Part shown: positions 53,575 through 64,000 of the stretch, in pieces
Position numbering within the stretch: position 1 is the first letter of the stretch
How the letters are laid out: each line of letters starts with the position of its first letter
Assembly: GCA_964016885.1 (NCBI GenBank)
Contig: OZ024740.1
Location: 2,170,001 to 2,234,000 of the forward strand
Length of the DNA: 64,000 nt
Direction of reading: 5' to 3'
Origin: Eledone cirrhosa
Lineage: Eukaryota
Made by a program: the position numbers and the translations under genes
Notes under the pieces: model-generated
What the model was told of the DNA's origin: nothing
The model's input: the letters and a program-made list of their open reading frames with translations, nothing else
Databases searched by the model: none

Positions 53575-53915
53575 GATGAAAATTAAAGATACCAAAGCTC
53601 CAAGAAACAATGAGATCCTAACATTCTAAAAGTAGGTGGAAAACCAATAATAAAGATAACAAAACTATTCAACAGGTTCCTAGCAACAAGCAAAACCCTT
53701 GACTTGTGGAATGAAGTAAAGATCATACTGCAACATAAAACAGAGAGACAGAAAAGATATCAAAACCTCCACACAAGTCAGTTTATTAGCCAATTGTGCA
53801 GGATATTCCGCAAAATCAAATAAAACAAAATGGAAAGTGACTTAGACAAAACTCAACCAATAAAACAGGCAGACTTTAGGAAGAAATGATCTACAACGAA
53901 TCTTCTTCAATCAAG
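53575..53915 (+). mobile_element. Highly degenerate LINE RT fragment
   Basis: Translates to KVGGKPII..TKLFN...WNEVKIIL and LDKTQP..QADFRK with stops. Confidence 0.5.
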
Positions 53916-54019
53916 AAATAAAGTAACTTAAAAGTTAAACTAGATCTTAACATAGGCTATAATGTAGTAGTAACTATGAAATGGAGACACTAATTTGCAT
54001 ATTATTAGTGTTTATAACA

Positions 54020-54403
54020 CCTCCACCCCACCCTTCTATACGTCCTCCATGAGGACAAGCTGAAGTATAGATCTAGTGAAGCCTCCAGCCCACACTTTAA
54101 TGATTGTGTGTCACGACAAAAAGCACCCAGTACATACTGTAAAGTGGTCAGGTAGATGTCACGAGAAAAAGCGCCCGGTACACACTGTAAAGAGGTCAGG
54201 TAGGTGTCATGACAAAAAGCACCCAGTACTCACTGTAAATGTGGTTGGCGTTTGGAAGGGCATCCAGTTGTAGAAACCAAGCCAAAATCAGTTCTGTATT
54301 TGCGAGACATGGTCACCTGATCTGACATTTCTCACAACAGGACAAGTCGTCTAACCCATGCTAGCATTGAAAAATGGATGTTAAACAGTGATGATGTTGA
54401 TGA
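54020..54403 (+). mobile_element. Solo RTE/SINE 3' end fragment
   Basis: ~45-bp internal repeats, GGAAGGGCATCCAG motif, ACCCATGCTAGC..GGATGTTAAAC tail. Similar solo tails at ~1340-1415, 8890-9045, 15980-16180, 24641-24755, 30230-30515 and 40488-40650. Confidence 0.75.
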
Positions 54404-54442
54404 GTAACTAATTTTAGGACAATAAATAAAAGGTCTATTTAC

Positions 54443-54564
54443 CTTGCCCACATCAGATAGTAGGGGACCATACTTAACAGCATACAGAAGTAATAGGTAT
54501 AACGGATCATCTCAGTAATAATCCAGGCAACTAGGAACATCACTACGCCAACATTTTCTTGGGC
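54443..54564 (-). CDS. HACD: HACD exon (AQENVGVVMFLVAWIITEMIRYTYYFCMLLSMVPYYLMWA(R))
   Basis: TTTTTGACAG acceptor, AG|GTAAAT donor, 122 nt; PTPLA signature AW..TE.IRY. Confidence 0.95.
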
Positions 54565-54679
54565 CTGTCAAAAAGTAAGAAGAAACAACATCAACATCAT
54601 CGCCATAATCTTCTTCAACAATCAACACATATATAACATCAACATAATCAGCATCTAACAACCACCTTGAAATACAATA

Positions 54680-55450
54680 CCGTCTCCAGATGTATACCAA
54701 CTGCGTCCAGATGTAGCATTCAATGCCTTCAGATGCACACTAGTACCCCCTCCAGATGCATGACAACTGCTTCCAGATGCAATACTACATGTCTTCAGAT
54801 GCAATACTAATTGTCTTCAGATGCACACCAGCCCCCTCCAGATGCAATACTAAATGTCTTCAGATACACACCAGTCCCTGCAGATGCAATACTAAATGTC
54901 TTCAGATGCACACCAACCCCCTCCAGATGCAATACTAAATGTTTTCAGATGCACACCAGCCCCCTCCAGATGCAATACTAATTGTCTTCAGATGCACACC
55001 AGCCCCCTCCAGATGCAATACTAAATGTCTTCAGCTGCAATACCAGATGTCTCCAGATGCACACCAGCCCCCTCCAGATGCAATAGTAAATGTCTTCAGA
55101 TGCACACCAGTCCCCTCCAGATGTAAACCAAATGCTTTCAAATACACATCAATCAACATCTGATGTACACCAGTCCCCTCCAGATGTAAGCCAAATGCTT
55201 TCAAATACACATCAATCAACACCAGATGTACACCAGCCCTCCACTCCACCCAACTCCTTCCTAATGATTCTAAATACATATCAATTGACCCCAGATCCAT
55301 GCCAACTATCTCCAGATGTACTACCAGATATCTTCAGATACACCAACAATCTCCAGATGTTCTACCAGATATCTTCAGATACACCAACTATCTCCAGATG
55401 TTCTACCAGATATCTTCAGATACACCAACTACTTCTAGATGCACATCAAC
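54680..55450. repeat. CAGATG-based minisatellite (~42-43 bp, two ~21-bp subunits)
   Basis: Repeated CAGATGCAATACTAAATGTCTT-CAGATGCACACCAGCCCCCTC, diverging toward the right; intronic. Confidence 0.88.
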
Positions 55451-55737
55451 CATTTCCAGATTATCAGATCATTGCTGACTTGAGGTTAAACAACAACGAC
55501 ACCAATGATGATAAAAAACAATAGCAACAACATAGAACCTCAATAGACTCAGTATCTCAGAGAATGGTATACCTTAATAGCCACTGCAATCAGCCATTTA
55601 TCTGTACACAACCTTACTAACTGATTTGTAAATTATCACAAACAACTGGAAATAGAAACTACTTTGGGAATATTAAATAAAGTGAAGAATTTTAATAAAT
55701 GATTTCATGTGTTGAAATAGAATTTAAAGAGTCATAC

Positions 55738-55845
55738 CTCAGGAACATGCTGCATCACACCCCACACAACAAACAAACGAGAAAAGACTTGGAAAAATGT
55801 CATCCTTAAGTTTGATTTCACAATACCAAATGCCACATGGAAGAT
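55738..55845 (-). CDS. HACD: HACD exon (IFHVAFGIVKSNLRMTFFQVFSRLFVVWGVMQHVPE)
   Basis: CTTCAG acceptor, GAG|GTATGA donor, 108 nt; PTPLA motif H...GIV.S....T..QV.SR. Upstream exons not found in the window. Confidence 0.93.
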
Positions 55846-56263
55846 CTGAAGTGAAAAGTGAAGGAGAAAAAGGAAATTAAAGAATCAAAAGTCAGAATTA
55901 TATATTACCAAGCTGGTATCAACTGGATGAGTTGTTATGACCCAAGTCAGAAATATATTCTACCAAGCTGGTATCAACTGGATGAGATGTTACAACAGTG
56001 TATTATAGAATACTGTAGCAATACAAACCAAAGATATCTCTCTCTATATAAAACATATTGTGTCTGTCTACTGTTAATAGATCAGCCTCAATTACATAAC
56101 ACAAGATATTAGTTTCAAATGAGAAATCTAGAATGTATCACACTGACCAAAATATAATGATCACTTTTTAAGTAATTAACTACTCAGTCATTAATTGTGT
56201 ATATAGTGAATGTATATGTATATATGTGTGTGTGTGTGTATAGAGAGAGAGAGAGAGAGAGAG

Positions 56264-57253
56264 ATCTTTCTTTATTTGCCACAGAGGCATACAAAAATGG
56301 GATATTACAAGACCTGGTGGGGGGGGGGGTTACATAATCTTTAACAATGATAAATAACAATAAGCTACATAAAAATAAAACAATTGAAATCCCCATTAGG
56401 AGGGGGGGGATAACGCTACTGCGGGTTTTTTTATACCCCATGGATAGAACAACTCTCAACACCAGGAACACGTTTTGTAGGTGTTCCCGTCTTCCCCCTG
56501 TTAACTTCCTCAACCTACAGGTTTATATACAGAGAAGGCCCATTCACCTGGGCCATTTTAGCCACATTCACTCACCTTTCAGCTAATTTACTGGGGTGTA
56601 GCACCTCTCTCTCTCCACTCTTACCTTCCTTCTGAAGTGATACTTAAAGAAGGGGATAAGTTGTCCGGAGAGAAAGGTGCTTGCCCTCAGTCCTTTTAAC
56701 CTCGTCCACCATATTACCTCTTTCGCCATAGCCACCAGACAGAGGAAAACCGCCTCTCCTTCATTCTTAAATGAAGGCGGCGGGTTGATCCTCACGATGG
56801 ACTCGGCTGACAACTGGATGTGTTTCACACATGACTAGCTGTTCGACATAATTCCACAGATCAGTCACCCCTGGGCTCTGAACAATTGCGTGCAGAACGG
56901 TTTCGATGTCCTGCTCGCATCTTGGACAGGTCCTTTTGGCAGGATCTCTGCCAGGGCGTCCGTGCCTGTAGATTTTGTCTCGAACTGGTAGAGCTCCTCG
57001 GTAGCACTGCCAGGCCAGAGACCTCTGGAAGTTATTCATAGGCCCTGGACGGAAAGTCCTCCCGAACAGACTGGTCAGTTCGTCCTCCTTGATGCCTAGA
57101 GTTTCCCCGAGAACGTTGTCGCACTTATCCTCCACTAATCCCCTATAGAATGTTGAAGTGGAGTCTCCGCTGATTGCCGTTTCCGCTTAGTAGAGGGCTG
57201 TGAGTGCCTGAAGGCACTCGAGGTGCCAGGAAAGCCAGGAACCCAGGTCTCAC
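56264..57253 (-). mobile_element. Tx1-clade LINE 3' fragment abutting (TC)n
   Basis: zf-RVT-like AWQCYRGALPVRD...CPRC....ETVLHA; 3' end AAATAAAGAAAGA runs into (TC)n. Confidence 0.85.
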
Positions 57254-57277
57254 ATATATCTATCTATCTATCTATCT

Positions 57278-60200
57278 GGGATAGACACATGTGCTGAGCT
57301 CGCTCGGTAAGTTTCGTTTAAATTTATCTGGAAATTGTGAACTGTAAACTTTCATTTTTGTACCATTTTGTAGAGAGACTGCCAGGTCAAATTTTGATCT
57401 GGTCAGTCTCTCAAAATATTCTACGCCTTTAGGCGAAATAGTGTTGTAAAAATTTTATCTTTCGAAAAATTTCGAAAAATCCTATTTTGATAAAAATGGC
57501 TGAAGCATCTTCACCAAAATTCGAAGGAGGAAAGGGGAAGATAAGCTTACAGCTTCCCCCTGCCACTGTCACAGTAGCAGAGGTCAAAAAGAAAGGTCAG
57601 CCAGAGGAAGGATTTTCTCCACCTGTTGACCGACAACTTGACGTTGCCATGGCAACAACCCAAAGAACCAGTGGCACCAGCAACAGCAACAACAACAACA
57701 ATGCGACGGACGGAAACAACACCAATAACAACAACAACAAGACCAATAACTGTGATAACAACAACAATGATAACAACAACACCACCAACTACAACAGCAA
57801 CACAAACAAAAAAAATTTCTCCTTCGCCGAGACGGCAAGGAAAACCCTCGACTATCTGCCAGTAGATATAACCAAAGCGAAGGAGCTACTGGCAGATGCC
57901 AAAAAATATATAGTGTACGGGGAAAATGGTTCATTAACAATCCATTCCCCCCCGGAACTAAAAAGCCAGAGACTCCTAAACACTCATGTTTAGGACAATC
58001 TCGAATAAAAGCAAAAAACCAGCTCAACCATCACAGAGTGAGATAGAGCTAGTTTTAAAAGACGTCATGAAGGAAGGATAGACTCTACGGGAGTCTATCC
58101 ATTCTCATGAAGGACAGGGACACAGCAGTGAGACTGTCCATCAAACCAATCACATCCACCGCATACACCTTCTACCCTACGTACATGGGTAGAAGAACAC
58201 AAAAAATAAAAATCCACACCATCCTGCCGATTATGGATATATGGTGGGTTTTGACAGGTTTCCTGGACCTGGATGAAGACACGCTGGTGTCCATGGGAAA
58301 GGCATCGGGTGACGCGTTCAGTGGAACGAGCCTCGAACTTGTAGTTCAAATGAGGCCCGAAAGGATCGCCCAGATCCCTGAACGCGTCATACTGGATGAT
58401 CAAACTTTCATCAACATTACCGTTGAGGGTAGGCGGCCCTCGTGTTACCTCTGCGGAACCAGAGGTCACCTGAGGGCTGTCTGTCCCCAACTTAATAAGA
58501 AAACCCCAATCCTGCCTACACCACCAACAACTGCACAACCAACACAATCACCACAACTACCACTACAAAAACAACCACCACAGCTCAAACCAAAACAAAA
58601 CAATGTCCAACCCATCCCCCCCACTCAAAAAAAAAAAACAATTTCCAAAACACCCGCACCGCAAACACAACCCGAAAATATACCCCTCCTCTCCAACGCA
58701 GAAGATGACCCTAGTTCGTCGTCAGACGAGGAGGAGCACTTCCACACAATCAAAAGAAAAAAAAGAAAACACACCTCAGACACACAAATGAAAACAACCC
58801 CTCCCCAAAACATAACACTGACACCAACACAAAAGAGCTCACAACAACAGCAAACAAAAAACACCACACAAAAACAAAAACATGCATACACATACATAAA
58901 CACAAGAAACAAAAAACTGTTAAACATTGTGTACAACAACAATCTAATAAAAACCCAAGGGCCTAACTTCACCCAGGCAGGGGATTTCCCCCACCTCAAA
59001 ATGATTAAGGCCCCACAGGACACCTATAAAACTTTAAAAAACAACTTTAAAGAGGACGTGAGTCCCCCCTGCGTCCTCCTAAAAAACTACCCCACCCCCT
59101 CCCCAAACACCCACACAACTCCCCAACCACACAACACACTGATGCCCCTACACTTCCACAAACCACCACCCCACCCAACAACCCATCCCCCACCCTAATG
59201 CAAATTGTGCAGCCCGATACCCGGGACGCAGAGAGGTAAGTGCCTTTTCTCTTCACCACCAACATGGCTATGCTAAGAGTAGGCTGTTTAAATGCGCGTG
59301 GCCTGGGCTCAACTTGGAAGCAAGCAATGCTTTTAAATGACCTCAGGTCACAACGTATAGATGTGATGGTTACTTGCGAGGCCCGGATCAGCAACGTGCG
59401 ACAGCTGGCCCCCACCTTTGATGACTTTGAGATGCACACATCTCTCTGTCAGCCCGGAGGTGGGGGTGGGGTTGTCGTTCTACTGCAAAAACATCTGGGT
59501 CTCGCAACACAGATGGTACATTTGGACCTGGAGGGTCGATTAGTGGTTCTGGACCTTGGCAGTGGTAAAGGCGGAGCGTTTAGGTTGGTAGCCGCCTACG
59601 GCCCTTTCGGGTCAATGCGGCCGGACTTCTTCCATCGTCTGGAGACTTTTCTAGGGACGTCCCGCTCCTTGCTATTAGTGGGGGACTGGAATGGTATCCT
59701 AGATGCACGCTGGGACTACGTAGGGGCTTGTCCCGATAGAGAGGGGTGTAATAGCCTCAAAGGGTTAATCGGTCGATTTGACCTGGCCGATAGATATCGA
59801 CTAGATTTTCCAACTGCGCCAACCTGGACTTGGGCAAACCGCAGCGGATCATCTAGGTCGTACCTAGATAGGTTTTTAGTTAGAATTAAGGATAAGGACT
59901 TTTTAAGTTGTCCAAAAATGCGCATGGTTGGCTATTCAGACCACAAATTAGTGACCTGCATTGTCAACCTTGACAGAACTCATAGACAGGGACCCGGTTA
60001 CTGGAAGCTCAACTTGTCCTTGCCGGCAAGTAGAGCTTACAGGGATCGGATTAGTACGTTAGTTAAGGAATGGTTGACTGGAGCGATCGTCAACAGCAGG
60101 TGGTGGGGATCTCTCAAAAGAGAGATTAGAGTAGTCTCTATAGAATTTAGTAAGGAGTTAGCCTCAAATAGAAATAGGAAGGAAAGGGAGTTGGTAGATA

Positions 60201-60582
60201 GTGTAGAAGAGGCAATTAGAAGCGGCGACGTGGCCAGAGTGCTAGCGTCGAGAACGGCCCTGGGCCAGTTTTTCGACGCGAAACACGAAGGCTGCATCGT
60301 CCGAAGCAAAATACGTGCTCTGGGAAACGAGGGGACCAAAACTGTTAGCTGGGCCCGCGTGACAGAAGCCAAAAGAGGGAGCAGATCCACTATTCGGTCT
60401 TTGCGAGACCAGGATGGACGGGTGATCCTTGAACCTAAGCAGATGTGCGAGGCTTTTCAAAAGCACTTTGCCAGATTGTTCGGAAGGGGCGGGGAACCGG
60501 TTGGGGAAGTGGACTTCGGTCCATACCTCAAATGGCCTGCCGCGTCTCTCGGACAGGGAGGCGAAGTCCTGCGAGGAGCCGA
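57278..60582 (+). mobile_element. Tx1-clade LINE 5' portion: 5'UTR, ORF1 (CCHC knuckle, disrupted) and ORF2 APE, truncated before RT
   Basis: ORF1 MAEASSPKF... with CYLCGTRGHLRAVC; ORF2 RVGCLNARG, GDWN, SYLDRF, SDHK, GPGYWKLN. Confidence 0.9.
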
Positions 60583-60587
60583 AAAAA

Positions 60588-61223
60588 ACACAGAAAAAAA
60601 CACTACTACCAACACCACCCCAACAACAACAACAAAAACAACCACAACAACAACAACAACAACAAAAACCAAAAACACCACCACCACCACAACAACAACA
60701 AACACATGAAAAAACAACACAGAATACTGGCCCACCCAACCCCTCCCCACCCAAAACAAATACAAAAACACACACACCGCAAACACTACCAGAAAACATA
60801 CCCCTCCCACCCAACAAGGAAGACGAACCCCTTTCGTCGCAAGACGAAAAAGATCCCTTCCAACAAGTAAAAAGAAAGAAGAGGAGACGCACCACAGACA
60901 CACTTGTTAACTTTAACCCTCCCCAAGAGAACACAAACTACACACAAACCACCCCTCCCCGTCACACAACACTAACTGCTACACAAAAAAAGACCTTACA
61001 TACATGAACACAGACAACAAAGAACTACGGAAAACAATTTCAGCAAACCCTTCGGTCCAAACTGAAGGGCCGAACTTTATAACTGCTGTGGGACTACCTC
61101 ATTTAAAAATGATAAAAGTCCCAATGAACTTTTACAAAACACTGAAAATAAATTTCACGGAGGACGTGCCCCCCCCCCCCCCCCCCCTGCGCCAAACCAA
61201 TCAACCGCGTCCTCCTAAAAAAT
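60588..61223 (+). mobile_element. Tx1 ORF1 3' segment, inverted duplicate of 62957-63575
   Basis: Near-identical to the reverse complement of 62957-63575 (PENIPLPPNKEDEPLSSQDEKDPFQ). Confidence 0.88.
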
Positions 61224-64000
61224 GTTGAAGTTACTTATTTCGTCCCCCTTGTTCTCGTCCTTCCTCACTAGCGTGACTACGCCCTTGGTCACAGTACAGG
61301 GAATTCTCCCGTTCTGTTGCCAGTTGCAGTAGACCGCCTCGAGGAGATCGGGGAACAAGTCCGGCATAGCTAGATATAATTCGTATGGAAGACCATCGAG
61401 ACCCGGGGATTTGCGTTTGCCGCATTTGCTCAGCACGTCCTCTATCTCAGCGGCTGAAATCGGCTCCTCGCAGGACTTCGCCTCCCTGTCCGAGAGACGC
61501 GGCAGGCCGTCGAAGTATGGACCGAAGTCCACATTCCCAACCGGCTCCCTGCCCCTCCCGAACAGTCGGGCAAAGTGCCTTTGAAAGGCCTGACACATCT
61601 GCTTAGGCTCAAGGATCGCCCGTCCATCCTGGTCTCGCAAAGACCGGATGGTGGATTTAGTTCCACTCTTGGCCTCTGTCACGCGAGCCCAGCTGACAGC
61701 TTTGGTCCCCTCGTTCCCTAGAGCACGTATTTTACTTCGGACAACGCAGCCTTCATGCTTCGCGTCGAAAAACTGGCTCAAAGCCGTTCTCGACGCTAGC
61801 ACTCTGGCCACGTCGCCGCTTCTAATTGCCTCTTCTACTTTATCTATTAGCTCCCTTTCCTTCCTATTCCTATCCGCAGCTAGAACCTTACTAAATTCTA
61901 TCGAGACTACTCTAATCTCTCTCTTTAGAGATACCCACCACCTGCTGTTGACGATCACTCCAGTCAACCGTTCCTTAACTAACGTACTAATCCTATCCCT
62001 GTAAGCTCTACTTGCCGGCAAGGACAAGTTGAGCTTCCAGTAACCGGGGCCCTGTCTATGCGTTCTATCAAGGTTGACCATGCAGGTCACCAACTTGTGG
62101 TCTGAATAGCCAACCATGAGCATTTCTGGACAACTTAAAAAGTCCCTGTCCTTATTTCTAACTAAAAATCTATCTAGGTACGACCTAGATGATCCACTGC
62201 GATTTGACCAAGTCCAGGTTGGCGCAGTTGGAAAATTTAGTCGAAATCTATCGGCCAGGTCAAATCGGCCGAGTAACCCCTTGAGGCTGTTGCACCCCTC
62301 TCTATCGGGACATGCCCCTGCATAGTCCCAACGTGCATCCAGGATACCATTCCAGTCCCCCACTAAAAGCAGGGAACAGGACGTCCCTAGAAAAGACTCC
62401 AGACGCTGGAAAAAGTCGGGCCCCTCTGTCCCAAAAGAGGCATATGCGGCTACCAGCCTAAAGGCTCCACCTTCACCACTGCCAAGGTCCAGCACCACCA
62501 GTCGACCCCCTGGGTCCAAGTGAACTATCTGTGTGGCAAGACCCAGATGTTTTTGCAGCAGAACGACAACCCCACCTCCGGGCTGACAGAGAGATGCGTG
62601 CATCTCAAAGTCGTCAAAGGTGGGGGCTAGCTGCCGCATGCTGCTGATCCGGGCCTCACAGATAACCATCACATTTATAGATTGTGACCTGAGGTCATTT
62701 AGAAGCATTGCTTGCTTCCAAGACGAGCCCAGGCCACGGGAATTTAGACACCCTACTCTCAGCACAGCCATGTTGGTGGTAAGGAGAAAAGACACTTACC
62801 TCTCTGCGTCCCGGGAAACGGGCCGCTCAATTTCCATGCTGGTTGGGGATGGGTTGTTGGGTGGGGTGGTGGTTTGTGGAAGTGAAGGGGCATCAGTGTG
62901 TTGTGGGGTTGGGCGTTTGTGGTTGAGTGGGTGTCTGGGTGGGGTGAGGGGGGGGGATTTTTTTAGGAGGACGCGGTTGATTGGCTTGGCGCAGGAGGGG
63001 GGGGGGGGCACATCCTCCGTGAAATTTGTTTTCAGTGTTTTAGTTCATTGGGACTTTAATCATTTTTAAATGAGGTAGTCCCACAGCAGTTATAAAGTTA
63101 GGCCCTTCAGTTTGGACCGAAGGGTTTGATACAATTGTTTTCAGTAGTTCTTTGTTGTCTGTGTTCATGTATGTATATTGTAAAGTCTTTTTTTGTGTAG
63201 CAGTTAGTGTTGTGTGATGGGGAGGGGTGGTTTGTGTGTAGTTTGTGTTCTCTTGGGGAGGGTTAAAGTTAACAAGTGTGTCTGTGGTGCGTCTCCTCTT
63301 CTTTCTTTTTACTGTTTGGAAGGGATCTTTTTCGTCTTGCGACGAAAGGGGTTCGTCTTCCTTGTTGGGTGGGAGGGGTATGTTTTCTGGTAGTGTTTGC
63401 GGTGTGTGTGTTTTTGTATTTGTTTTGGGTGGGGAGGGATTGGGTGGGACAGTATTCTGTGTTGTTTTTTCACGTTTGTTGTTGTGGTGGTGGTGTTGTT
63501 GGTTTTTGTTGTGGTTGTTTTTGTTGTTGTAGTTGGGGTGGTGTTGGTGTTGGTAGCAGTGTTTTTTTTCTGTGTGAGCTGGGGACAGGCAGCCCTCAGG
63601 TGACCTCTATTGCCACAGAGGTAACAGGAGGGATGCCTACCCTCCACAATAATGTTGAGGTGGGTACGGTCATCCAGCATGACGCGCTCAGGGATTTGGG
63701 CGATACGTTCTGGCCTTATTTGGGTCAGAACTTCGATACTCGTTCCACTGAACGCGTCGCCGGATGCCTTCCCTATTGAAATGAGGTTGTCCTCGTCTAA
63801 ATTGAGGAAACCGGTTAGTAACCACCAGTAGTTTATGTTTGGGGTGATGGTGGTTATCCATATTCTCTGGGTTTTTTTACCCATGTAGGTGGGGAAGAAG
63901 GTGTAGTGTGTGGAACGAATTGGCGACAGAGTATTTTTTCACCGCCAATTCGTTTTTCATCAATATGGATAAACTCCCATAGAGTTTATCCTTTTGTATG
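61224..64000 (-). mobile_element. Second Tx1-clade LINE (ORF1 part plus ORF2 APE and start of RT), 3'-truncated, runs off the window
   Basis: ORF 62795-61215 with APE motifs and KSPGLDGLPYE; ORF1 CYLCGNRGHLRAAC. Confidence 0.92.

Noticed and set aside
57643-57656. Perfect RFX X-box GTTGCCATGGCAAC (near-match also at ~15024)
   Set aside because: It lies inside Tx1 ORF1 coding sequence; no evidence of promoter function.

Overview
Repeat-dense, AT-rich animal genomic DNA. The SINE, RTE and microsatellite repertoire points to an octopod cephalopod, which is an inference. The only confidently identified host gene is a very-long-chain 3-hydroxyacyl-CoA dehydratase (HACD1/2, PTPLA family) on the minus strand. 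Its last five coding exons (55845-55738, 54564-54443, 33759-33720, 30156-30018, 25792-25695) splice in frame with GT-AG sites. A probable terminal exon of another gene lies on the plus strand (6641-6772), just after a ~4.9 kb (CCA)n tract. The rest is mostly mobile DNA: PHD-finger-containing RTE LINEs with partner tRNA-SINEs, a BovB-like RTE, rearranged Tx1 LINEs, Nin-domain SINEs, piggyBac-like and pogo-like MITEs, and a mariner relic. The most striking structure is a ~5 kb near-perfect palindrome in a HACD intron. It is built from the 3' end of a Neptune-type Penelope-like element (GIY-YIG endonuclease), and each arm carries two tandem type I hammerhead ribozyme motifs ~1.46 kb apart. Several small, unrelated fold-back hairpins beside (TA)n tracts also carry hammerhead remnants. 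A 72/69-bp satellite with a 990-bp higher-order repeat has expanded inside a piggyBac-like MITE.
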